Source: Octopus sinensis (lineage: Eukaryota). From it: a stretch of 12,296 nucleotides of DNA. The translations under genes and the position numbers were made by a program. The notes under the pieces were generated by a model. It was not told the DNA's origin, ran no database searches, and saw only the letters and a program-made list of their open reading frames with translations. The stretch is taken from NCBI RefSeq assembly GCF_006345805.1, contig NW_021826610.1:1-12296 (forward strand), read 5' to 3'. How positions within the stretch are numbered: position 1 is the stretch's first letter; every line of letters starts with the position of its first letter. Of this stretch, positions 1 through 7,724 are shown one piece after another.

Positions 1-69
1 TATATACATATATATATACATATATATATATACATATGTGTGTGCATCTGTGTGTGTGGGTGTGTGTGA
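1..69. repeat. (TA)n/(TACA)n/(TG)n microsatellite
   Basis: Directly visible low-complexity dinucleotide run. Confidence 0.9.
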
Positions 70-249
70 GTAGTATGTCTGTTGCTCTTGTTTCAATTTG
101 CACTTTTCTAAGCATCGCGAACAACAAGCACGGGATGTTGTTAACAGCACAAACATGATACGTCGTTAGACGTATTAACTGCTGGCTTTGTGCCTTTGAA
201 GACACAAGGAGTGAAGAGATGTTCTGACTGGAAAAAACAAAGAAGAATT

Positions 250-337
250 CGTAACGAAAAGGGCATTCCTCTGTAAGAAGAATGCCTTAACAACATGTAA
301 AACTAATTCGTGCCGGTATAGGAAAACAGATGTTTAA
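250..337 (+). mobile_element. Degenerate SINE 3' tail fragment (AAGGGCAT-type tail)
   Basis: aaaagggcatt...tgtaagaagaat...ggaaaacagatgtttaa loosely parallels 3300-3385. It ends at the TTAA used by the MITE. Confidence 0.3.
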
Positions 338-562
338 CCCTTTAGCATTCAAACCGGCCATATCCAGCCAAAGTATTCTTCCTGTTTTATGTTCAAACTG
401 GCCAGATCTGGTCTCGTCAACACACCCTACAATATCGTTTTAAAAATTAACAGCTACCCCTCGTCAAATCTCATAGCACCAAGATAATGCCTGATTAGTC
501 CAAAACAATGTGGATAAAAAAGGATTAATTTTGGCAGAATAATACGAACACTAAAGGGTTAA
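334..562. mobile_element. piggyBac-like MITE, copy 1 (element 338-558, TTAA on both sides)
   Basis: TTAA 334-337 and 559-562. Termini CCCTTTAGcaTTC...GAAcaCTAAAGGG (11/13 inverted match). No ORF. TTAA duplication with CCC/GGG ends is the piggyBac signature. Confidence 0.8.
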
Positions 563-644
563 TTAGGCACAAGCTTATTTGTACAGGAAAAAAATCATTA
601 TTACTGAATACATCTGTAGTAAATCCTTCTTTTTAAATCATTTT

Positions 645-871
645 TTGACCCTTTAGCATTCAAACCGGCCATATCCGGCCAAAAGTATTCTGCCTGTTTT
701 ATGTTCAAACTGGCCAGATCTGGTCTCTCACACCAACCCTACAATATCGTTTTAAAAATTAAGTTGCATCATCAAAATCTCAAAGCTACAAGATAATGCA
801 TGATTAGTTCAAAACAATGTGGATGAAAAAGGATTAATTTTGGCAGAATAATACGAACATTAAAGGGTTAA
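645..871. mobile_element. piggyBac-like MITE, copy 2 (element 649-867)
   Basis: Colinear diverged copy of 338-558, with TTGA (mutated TTAA) at 645-648 and TTAA at 868-871. Confidence 0.8.
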
Positions 872-899
872 AAAGGGGATAACTAGATACATACATATT

Positions 900-1056
900 G
901 GCGTGGCTGTGTGGTAAGAAGATTGCTTCTCAACCACATGGTTCCGAGTTCAGTCCCATTGCGTGGCACCTTGGGCAAGTGCCTTCTACTATAGCCTCGG
1001 GCCGACCAAAGCATTGTGAGTGGATTTGGTAGATGGAAACTGAAAGAATCCCATCA
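900..1056 (+). mobile_element. SINE family A, tRNA-derived 5' half
   Basis: A-box-like TGGCTGTGTGGT and B-box-like GAGTTCAGTCCC. Colinear with the reverse complement of the full copies at 7725-8142 and 8385-8816. Ends at the family's internal (TA)n. Confidence 0.9.
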
Positions 1057-1102
1057 TATATATATATATAATAGAAAGAGGGAGAGAGAGAGAGAGTAGA
1101 AA

Positions 1103-1348
1103 TGTTTGACCTTTCTGTGTTTAGCCCCTTGTGGGTAGTAAAGAAATAGGTATTTCGTCTGCCGCTAGGTTCTGAGTTCAAATTCCGCCGAGGTCGACTT
1201 TGCCTTTCATCCTTTCGGGGTCGATAAATTAAGTACCAATTACGCACTGGGGGGAAAGGGGAGGGCGCGATATAATCAACTTAATCCGTTTGTCTGTCCT
1301 TGTTTGTCCCCTCTGCGTGTAGCCCCTTGTGGGCAGTGAAGAAATAGG
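1103..1348 (+). mobile_element. SINE family B (Meta-domain-like), tail-body-tail arrangement
   Basis: Matches 10685-11074. B box GAGTTCAAATTCC. Central GCCTTTCATCCTTTCGGGGTCGATAAATTAAGTACC resembles the Meta/Sauria-type SINE domain (from memory). Begins with a tail copy (1103-1150), then body and a second tail. Confidence 0.85.
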
Positions 1349-1443
1349 AAACTGAAAGAAGCCCATCATATATATATATATATATATGAAAATGTCTGTG
1401 TATGCACATACACACAGACACACACTCATAAAAGCAGTTTATA

Positions 1444-1743
1444 AGATCTCCTAGATCTCCTAGATCCCTTGATTTCTATCTCTGGGGGCATTTGAAAGGT
1501 GTATCGCGGAAAGATAAAAGACCTAAATCATTTAAAGGGGCGCATCTCCAACTCATTTGGACACATATCACTAGATATGCTATTGCGAGTTCACAATGAG
1601 TGGGGTCAACGTATTACAATGTGTACTCAAAACAAGGGTAACCATACAGAGCCTGTGAAATAAAAATAGAAACTGTTCTTATAAACTGTTTCTTATAAAA
1701 AGATAAATTGTTCCTATGTATGGTGACTTCTGAATCACCCTGA
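1444..1743 (+). mobile_element. Tc1/mariner transposon 3' remnant (transposase C-terminus plus right TIR)
   Basis: 1444-1497 reads RSPRSPRSLDFYLWGHLK. After a frameshift, 1499-1663 reads VYRGKIKDLNHLKGRISNSFGHISLDMLLRVHNEWGQRITMCTQNKGNHTEPVK*, matching the SPDLTPLDFxLWGxLKxxVY-type end of DDE/D transposases. The element ends ...GAATCACCCTG, the reverse complement of a CAGGGTG-type TIR. Confidence 0.85.
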
Positions 1744-1745
1744 TA

Positions 1746-2059
1746 TCTTTATATATAAAACTGTAGTTGTGTGTGTGTCTGTCTACTCCGATTTAGATTC
1801 CTAACTACTCCCACATTTTGCGGAGCAGTTTAACCAAAAGCGGGTATCTTATAGTTGTCATTTATATCGAGCCCTTCTGGGTATTAGCACGCGTCTACGA
1901 TGATCTACGATGAGTCTACGATTTTAAAACAAATTTACCATCATTTTTCCGCATTTTTAATCCATTTTTGCTCGGTTTTATATAAGGAAGTAACTCTCTA
2001 AAAATGCTTATATAGTTATTTCCCTTACAAACCCGAGCAACGCCGGGCGATACTGCTAG
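1746..2059 (+). mobile_element. Non-autonomous Helitron
   Basis: 5' TC(TTTATATATAAAA) after A1745, then a GTGT/GTCT microsatellite. GC hairpin CCCGaGC-aac-GCCGGG at 2032-2047, 8 nt before terminal CTAG (2056-2059), followed by T. AT target, no TSD. Confidence 0.88.
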
Positions 2060-2071
2060 TATATATATATA

Positions 2072-2378
2072 CAGAGGAGTACTCTGTTGGTTTCGACAAC
2101 AAGGGTCCCAGCTGATAACGATCAACGGAACAGCTTGCTCGTAAAATTAACAAGTCAGTAGCTGAGCACTCCACGGACATGTGTACCCTTAACGTGGTTC
2201 TCGGGGAGATTCAGCATGACACAGAGTGTGACAAGGTTGGCCCTTTGAAATGCAGGTACTACTCATTTTTGCCAGCTGAGTGGACTGGAGCAACGTGAAA
2301 TAAAGTATCTTGCTGAAGGACACAACATGCCGCCAGGAATTGAACTCATGACCTTACGATCATGAGCCGTGCACCTTC
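2072..2378 (-). mobile_element. SINE family C, tRNA-derived, CORE-like
   Basis: Minus strand has B box GAGTTCAATTCCT (2335-2347), then TTGTGTCCTTCAGCAAGATACTTT...TGCTCCAGTCCACTCAGCTGGCAAAAATGAGT, resembling the CORE domain (family assignment from memory). Confidence 0.75.
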
Positions 2379-2434
2379 ACAAATAATATATATATATATA
2401 TAATATATTAAATGTGTGTGTGTGTGTGTAAGTA

Positions 2435-2643
2435 TTTGTGTGTCTGTGTTTGTCCTCCCACCATCACTATTCAGCCGATGTTGGTGTGTTTATGTCCCTG
2501 TAACTTAGCATTTCGGCAAAAGAGTGTGGTGGGATAAGTACTAGGCTTACAAAGAATAAGCCTTGGGGGTGATTTGTTCGACTAAACGCAGTGCTCCAGC
2601 ATGGCCTCAGCTAAACAACCGAAACAAATAAAAGAATAAAAGA
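2435..2643 (+). mobile_element. SINE family A, 3' half with (TAAAAGAA)-type tail
   Basis: Colinear with the reverse complement of 7725-7950 (gatgttggtgtgttt..taagtactaggcttacaaagaataag..gtgctccagcatggcc). Confidence 0.88.
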
Positions 2644-2757
2644 AAAATTATATTCTGTTAAAGTAGGATCGACAAAAAAGTACTTCATCCAGTGAGAGAT
2701 AAGCATCATGTAATGCACACTGTAGAAAATGAAAGCTGCTCAGAGTTTTGTACCGTT

Positions 2758-2917
2758 GACACATGGTTACGCAGACTTTTATAACATGCCTTGTGCCTAC
2801 AAGCAATCTACAAGCTCTGGTCACATGGGTTTTCAAATAGAACAAACCATGAGTTCAGAGCCAGAAGATTGTTTGCAGACACAAGCCATGTTATAAAAGT
2901 CTGCCCAACCACATGTC
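2758..2917. repeat. Imperfect fold-back (about 52 bp arms), possibly an old MITE
   Basis: 2758-2809 versus the reverse complement of 2866-2917: about 8 mismatches, with a perfect 18-bp core GCAGACTTTTATAACATG (2771-2788/2887-2904). Confidence 0.8.
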
Positions 2918-3289
2918 TCAATGACAAGAAACTATTAGTACTATTATTTTAATACAGTGTATATATATATATCATATATATATATATATATATATACACA
3001 TCTACATATATAAATTTAATAGATGTGACTTTAGATTCTAACTATAGGTATCTATAAACCTTTCCATAAGCCCAACCAAACTCTAAATTATGTTAATCAT
3101 TTCTCCATCATCCAAAGGCTGTCATTAGTTTCTTAGCATATAGTATATCATCCTGGATGTAAAAATCATATATATATATATAAATATTATAATATATTAT
3201 ATATATATGTTGCAGATGAATGTCATTCATTGTGAATATCCTGCATGGGCATTGGGAAATATTTACCAAGCTAAGAAACAAGTAAACAA

Positions 3290-3412
3290 GTGAAGTTTGG
3301 TGACAGGAAGGGCATCTGGATGTAGAAGATCTACATCATTAAACTCCATGGGACCCTGGCAAGCATTGAAAAATGGATATGAGGAAATGATGATGATGAT
3401 GAGGATGATGAT
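3290..3412 (+). mobile_element. SINE/LINE 3' tail with (GAT)n end, RTE-partner-like
   Basis: GGTGACAGGAAGGGCATCTGG...GCAAGCATTGAAAAATGGA followed by a (GAT)n tail. Confidence 0.55.
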
Positions 3413-3494
3413 ATATTAATATATAAATTCATACATGTCTATACCCACTCCATGTAACTATATATTGATATATCTCTACCCATCAATACACGTG

Positions 3495-3502
3495 TATATG
3501 CA

Positions 3503-3549
<47 letters not shown>

Positions 3550-3965
3550 CTATATACATACATATCTATACTTCCCCATATGTAAATTTACACACACACA
3601 CACACACATTTATATCTGTGTTATATTTCTTTACAGGAAAGCTTTGTTCCATAGGCACACACTCTGCGCTGTTTTTATGCATTTAAAAACACCATCTGCA
3701 TGTATATATACACTTATATATATATGTATGTATATATATATATATGTGTGTATGTATATATATATATATATATATATAAATGTATGTGTATATATATGTT
3801 TGCGTGTATGCATATATATATATGCTTGTGTGTATATATATGTATATGTGTGTATGTATGCAAATAATAGTATGTGTGTATTTATGTATATTATTTATAT
3901 ATGTGTGTGTGTGTGTGTTTGAATGAGTGTACATACACACAAATACAGACACACAGACACATAGA
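3495..3965. repeat. Compound (TA)n/(TG)n/(CA)n microsatellites
   Basis: Direct observation. A short unique island lies at about 3615-3700. Confidence 0.9.
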
Positions 3966-3987
3966 CATGATATGTAATGTACTGTAT

Positions 3988-4400
3988 GACCAATGCACGG
4001 CATTGCGCCACAGCCGAGTGAAGTGTGACCAGGCGGAGGAGAGAGGGGGGAGGAGAGAGAGAGAGGCAGAGTGTGAGTGAGCAGAGCTGAGAAGGGCGGA
4101 AAAAAAAAAAATCTATATGAAATAGGCCGAGGAGCTTAGAAAGAAAGACAGCACGAATTGAGGGAAAAGTGAAGGAGTGAGTGAGCGAGTGAGTGAGTGA
4201 GTGAGGGAGAGGAAGCTTGACGGAGTGGTGAGTGGAGCTACGGCTCGAGGAAGGGAAGGAGAGAAGGCTGTGAAAGAGATGAAACCAGAGTTAAAGGTTT
4301 GCTTGTAGAAATGGAGGTGGTGCTGGCGCTGGTGGTACAGATGGTGGTGGTGGTACAGATGGCGGCGGTGGTGGCGGTGATGTTGCAGGGGAGGTTGTAG
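3988..4400. promoter_or_regulatory. Possible promoter or 5'UTR-like GC/purine-rich island
   Basis: CCAAT at 3990-3994 and GGGCGG at 4094-4099, several CpGs, (GAGT)n and GGT/GGC runs, no similarity to the repeats elsewhere in the window. Short motifs like these also arise by chance. Confidence 0.25.
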
Positions 4401-4525
4401 ATAATAATAATAATAATAATAATTATTTGGAAAAAAAAAAAAAGAAAAAAACAAAGAAAAAAAAAACAATCTATTTGTCTGCCTAGTTCTCCCATCTTGT
4501 CTAGCAATTTTTCAGCATATGTGAA

Positions 4526-4650
4526 TATATATGTACATACATATCAGAATTTCTGTGTATGTACATATATACATACATACATATATATATATATAAACAC
4601 ACATACATATACATATATATACACACATACATACATACATATATATACAC

Positions 4651-4681
<31 letters not shown>

Positions 4682-4757
4682 TATACACATACATACATAT
4701 ATATACACATACATACATATATATACACATACATACATATATATACACATACATATA

Positions 4758-4789
<32 letters not shown>

Positions 4790-4796
4790 CATATAT

Positions 4797-4838
<42 letters not shown>

Positions 4839-5366
4839 CACATACATACATATATATACATACATACATATATATACATATATACACATACATACATATA
4901 TATATATACACATACATACATATATACACATACATACATATATACACATACATACATATATATACACACACACATACATACATATACACACACACATACA
5001 TACATACACACACACATACATACATACATATATATACACACACACATACATACATACATACATACATACATAATACATACATATATATATATATATACAC
5101 ACATGTGTATATGAGTATGTATAACTTAATACATATACATATGCGCGTGTATATGTGTGTATTTATCACGATATCTATCTATATATCTATATTTCTAAAC
5201 ATATGTATGCGCGTACATGTGTGTATGAATATATGTGTGTGTACACATGTGAGTGTATGTGTGTACTAATCTCATTATTTATCCATCTATCTAATTTAAT
5301 TTAACCTCTCTCTCTATCTATACATCTAGCTATCTGAGCAGATGCATGAATGTACATATGTATATG

Positions 5367-5412
<46 letters not shown>

Positions 5413-5480
5413 TGTATATATATTATATATATGAGTCTATGTATGACTTTTAATATATGTGTGTGTGTGTGTGTGTGTGA
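4526..5480. repeat. Long compound (TA)/(CA)/(TACA) microsatellite
   Basis: About 950 bp of low-complexity repeat. It is the source of the YIYI/HTHT/MYVC ORFs. Confidence 0.95.
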
Positions 5481-5645
5481 TTTTATCGCAATATTTATCT
5501 ATCTAACTAATCTAATTTAGCATCTTTGTCTATCTATATATCTATCTTTCTATGTATGTTCCTTTCATGCAATCGACTCTTTAAGCTGCAAGTTGCATTC
5601 AGAAACCAGAGGGTGTCTGCATATGTGTGTGTGTGTGTGTGTGTG

Positions 5646-5891
5646 TTTTATCTTTTACTTGCTTCAGTCATTTAATTGTGGCCATGCTGGGGCACTGCCT
5701 TGCGGAACTTCTTGAGTAGAACGAATCGACCCCAGTGGCTGTTTCTTTTTTAAAAGCTTGATATTTATCCTATTAGCGTCTTTTGCCTCACCACTATGTT
5801 ACAGGGACATAAACACACAGACACCGGTTACCAAGTGGTAGTGGGGGATAAACACACACTCACAATGACACACACCCACACACATATATAT
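5646..5891 (-). mobile_element. SINE family A, old copy, 3' half
   Basis: tcttttacttgcttcagtcatt..gtggccatgctgg..gggacataaacac matches 7735-7950 with more divergence. Confidence 0.8.
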
Positions 5892-6095
5892 GACCGCGTG
5901 TGTGTATTGTTGGTGATTTTTTTCCTCCGTCTTCCCTTCTCTGGATCTTTCCTTCTCCTATGTTTCCGACAAAGAGCTCCGCTCGAAATGTTAAACCCTC
6001 CTTCTTTCCTTCTTTCCTGAGCGTCCAATAACACTATACTTGTTCCACGTTCCTCGCGTTGTTGTGTTTTTTTGTGCTTTCATGTTTGGATTAAC
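5892..6095 (+). mobile_element. Penelope-like element terminal fragment (pLTR-like), family P1
   Basis: Contains a degenerate hammerhead/PLE motif (CCGACAAAGAGCTCCGCTCGAAATGTT), then a pyrimidine/T-rich tail ending in (TA)n. No ORF. Confidence 0.6.
5962..5996 (+). ncRNA. Degenerate minimal type I hammerhead ribozyme
   Basis: Helix I GTTT/AAAC. Core CCGACAA (vs CUGANGA). Helix II GAGC-tcc-GCTC. GAAA. Helix III ATGT (vs palindromic ACGT). The core is mutated, so it is probably inactive. Confidence 0.5.
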
Positions 6096-6180
6096 TATAT
6101 ATATATATATAATATATATATAGATATATATATATATATATATCTGTAAATGTAATAAGTGACAATTATTCGGTAGCCAT

Positions 6181-6240
6181 GATAAAACTCTGAGTTTCGG
6201 ATGTCGAGGTGGAAATCCACGCTGCCATCTCTTCATTATC
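6181..6240 (-). ncRNA. Mirror hammerhead motif, C3 deleted
   Basis: Reverse complement reads GATAA-TGAAGA-gatggcagcgtggatttccacctcgacatcc-GAAA-CTCAGAG-T-T-TTATC. The single indel between the arms removes the C of CUGA. Confidence 0.5.
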
Positions 6241-6246
6241 CGCCCG

Positions 6247-6307
6247 GATAACTGAGGAGATTGCGGCGTGGATTTCCACCTCGGCATCCGAAACTCGGAG
6301 TTTTATC
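6247..6307 (+). ncRNA. Type I hammerhead ribozyme motif
   Basis: Helix I GATAA/TTATC (6247-51/6303-07). CTGAGGA 6252-58. Extended imperfect helix II 6259-6288 plus one extra C. GAAA 6290-93. Near-palindromic helix III ACTC-G-GAGT. Predicted GUU cleavage after 6302. Confidence 0.65.
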
Positions 6308-6424
6308 ATGGCTACCAAATAATTGTCACATATTACATTTACAGATAAATTCCTCTATTTACATAATATCGAGGTCTCTTTCTTTATTTTGTTGTCTTAC
6401 CATTTTTATCAATATATATATACA

Positions 6425-6570
6425 TGATAGACTTCTTTTAGTTTTTGTATGACAAACTCACTGGCAAGGGTTTTGTTGGCCAGGGGCTACATTAGAAGAC
6501 ACTTGCTCAAGGTGCCATGCAGTGGGACTGAACTTGGAACGATGTGTTTGGGAAGGAATCTTCTTATAAG
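6425..6570 (-). mobile_element. SINE family A, old copy, 5' half
   Basis: agaagacacttgctcaaggtgccatgcagtgggactgaacttggaac matches 8049-8095. Likely the partner of 5646-5891. Confidence 0.8.
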
Positions 6571-6626
6571 TTGTGCTTATATATATGTGTGTCTGTGTGA
6601 GTGGCTAGATAGACAGGCTGATAGAC

Positions 6627-6670
<44 letters not shown>

Positions 6671-6828
6671 GTATGTGTGATTGTGTATAGAAGAATATAT
6701 TAATAAAAGGAATTCCAACCTTGTCTGATTTTCACTTTTTATTTACAATCTTATAATGATATAGATATAATATATTATATTGAATAAAATAAAATAAAAT
6801 AGTAGAATGTTAAATGTTCATTCTGATT

Positions 6829-6870
6829 GAACTAGTACTTTCATGCATTAATTCTGCAATCTTCAGGTTC
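6829..6870 (-). ncRNA. Minimal type I hammerhead ribozyme motif, core intact
   Basis: Reverse complement reads GAAC-CTGAAGA-tTGCAgaattaaTGCAt-GAA-AGTACT-A-GTTC: 4-bp helix I, palindromic helix III, CUA cleavage triplet, U.U at 10.1/11.1 (atypical). Confidence 0.6.
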
Positions 6871-6900
6871 GTGTAGTAGTGGTGACATTCATGCTTCACA

Positions 6901-6949
6901 ATTGAACCCGAAGATTGCAGAATTCAATGCATGAAATTACTAGTTCAAT
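6901..6949 (+). ncRNA. Minimal type I hammerhead motif, core mutated
   Basis: ATTGAAC-CCGAAGA-tTGCAgaattcaaTGCAt-GAA-ATTACT-A-GTTCAAT: perfect 7-bp helix I, but U4>C and a helix III G>T change. Confidence 0.55.
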
Positions 6950-7096
6950 CAGAATGAACATTTAACATTCTACTATTTCATTTTATTTTATTCAATTATA
7001 ATATATTATCTTATATTATATCATTATAAGATTGTAAATAAAACGTGAAAATCAGACAAGGTTGGAATTCCTTTTTATTATATATATATATATATA

Positions 7097-7378
7097 TGAT
7101 AGATAGACAGATTGATAGATAGTTATAGATAGGTAGGTAAGATAGACAGACAGACATACAGTAAGATAGATAGACAGACATACTGTAAGATAGACAGACA
7201 GACAGATAGATATACAGACAAATAGATTGATTGTAGATATGATATTGATAGATAGATTGATTGATAGATAGATATGATGGATGGATGGATGGATGGATGG
7301 ATGGATGGATGGATGATGGATGGATGGATGGATTGATTGATATGATAATTGAGTTGAAGATAGATATAGATAGAGATG
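7097..7378. repeat. (GATA)n/(GACA)n/(GGAT)n microsatellite
   Basis: Direct observation. It abuts the 3' end of the LINE fragment. Confidence 0.9.
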
Positions 7379-7558
7379 ATTTCTTTATTAGCCACACAGG
7401 GCTGCACACAGACGGGACAGATTACAAAGTAGAGCTTTTCTTTTTTGGGGAAAGAGAAAAAAGAAAATGGTGGGGTAGGTTTTCGATCAAAAGGGATCGT
7501 AAAAGGGAAAGAAGAAATAAAAAGAAAAAAAAAAAGGAAAAGAAACAAAAGGAAAAAA
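7379..7558 (-). mobile_element. L1/Tx1-like LINE 3' UTR fragment
   Basis: Matches 9806-9843 joined to 10165-10270, which follows the ORF2 stop of the LINE at 9803-11422. Minus strand ends ...GGCTAATAAAGAAAT plus an (ATCT)-type tail. Confidence 0.8.
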
Positions 7559-7624
7559 ACCATCAATATTTTTTCAAGCAGATAGATTTAGTCCATATTA
7601 ATGCGGAGAAAGCATTTGACATGG

Positions 7625-7722
7625 TACTTCTCAGCTTAATAACAAAGTTATTTTACTAGATTCCTTATTTTTTAAATCAGTTGAAACAAATACAGTGTAT
7701 TTCAGTGGAGATATGATAACTA
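7625..7722. mobile_element. Fragment of a second MITE-like family
   Basis: ttttacta..aaat.a.ttgaaa.aaa..tgta.ttca..atatg aligns loosely with 8817-8880. MITE identity is recalled, not verified. Confidence 0.35.
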
Positions 7723-7724
7723 TT

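Larger units (their letters stand above)
6141..6412. mobile_element. Palindromic Penelope-like element, family P2 (arms 6141-6242/6245-6347, unpaired tail to about 6412)
   Basis: Arms of about 102 bp differ by 7 substitutions and 1 indel (hand count), with a 2-nt centre. Flanked by (TA)n. A hammerhead motif sits next to the centre on each strand. Confidence 0.8.
6701..7080. mobile_element. Palindromic Penelope-like element, family P3 (arms 6701-6870/6904-7080, 33-nt spacer)
   Basis: AT-rich arms of about 170 bp are near-identical reverse complements. The inner ends carry hammerhead motifs and the right end abuts (TA)n. Confidence 0.8.

Noticed and set aside
900-975. tRNA gene calls for SINE heads (also 2330-2378, 8070-8142, 10685-10760)
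   Set aside because: A/B boxes are present, but no complete cloverleaf is evident and each continues into a multicopy SINE body.
2855-2900. Hammerhead in the 2758-2917 fold-back (CAGAAGA...CATGT)
   Set aside because: No GAAA and no helix I pairing on either arm.
3625-3705. Possible small exon after TTTCTTTACAG
   Set aside because: Weak donor inside a microsatellite and an unrecognisable peptide.
4291-4420. Pro-rich minus-strand frame ([36 protein letters not shown])
   Set aside because: All three frames of the triplet repeat give low-complexity peptides, and there is no in-frame start or acceptor AG nearby.
3435-5269. Long ORFs rich in YI/HT/CV/MYVC
   Set aside because: Stop-free translations of TA/CA/TACA microsatellites, with no coding evidence.
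7585-7659. AEKAFDMV resembling an RT motif
   Set aside because: Only a few residues match, there is no further RT context, and the downstream part aligns with MITE-like sequence at 8817-8880. A tiny RT relic is not excluded.
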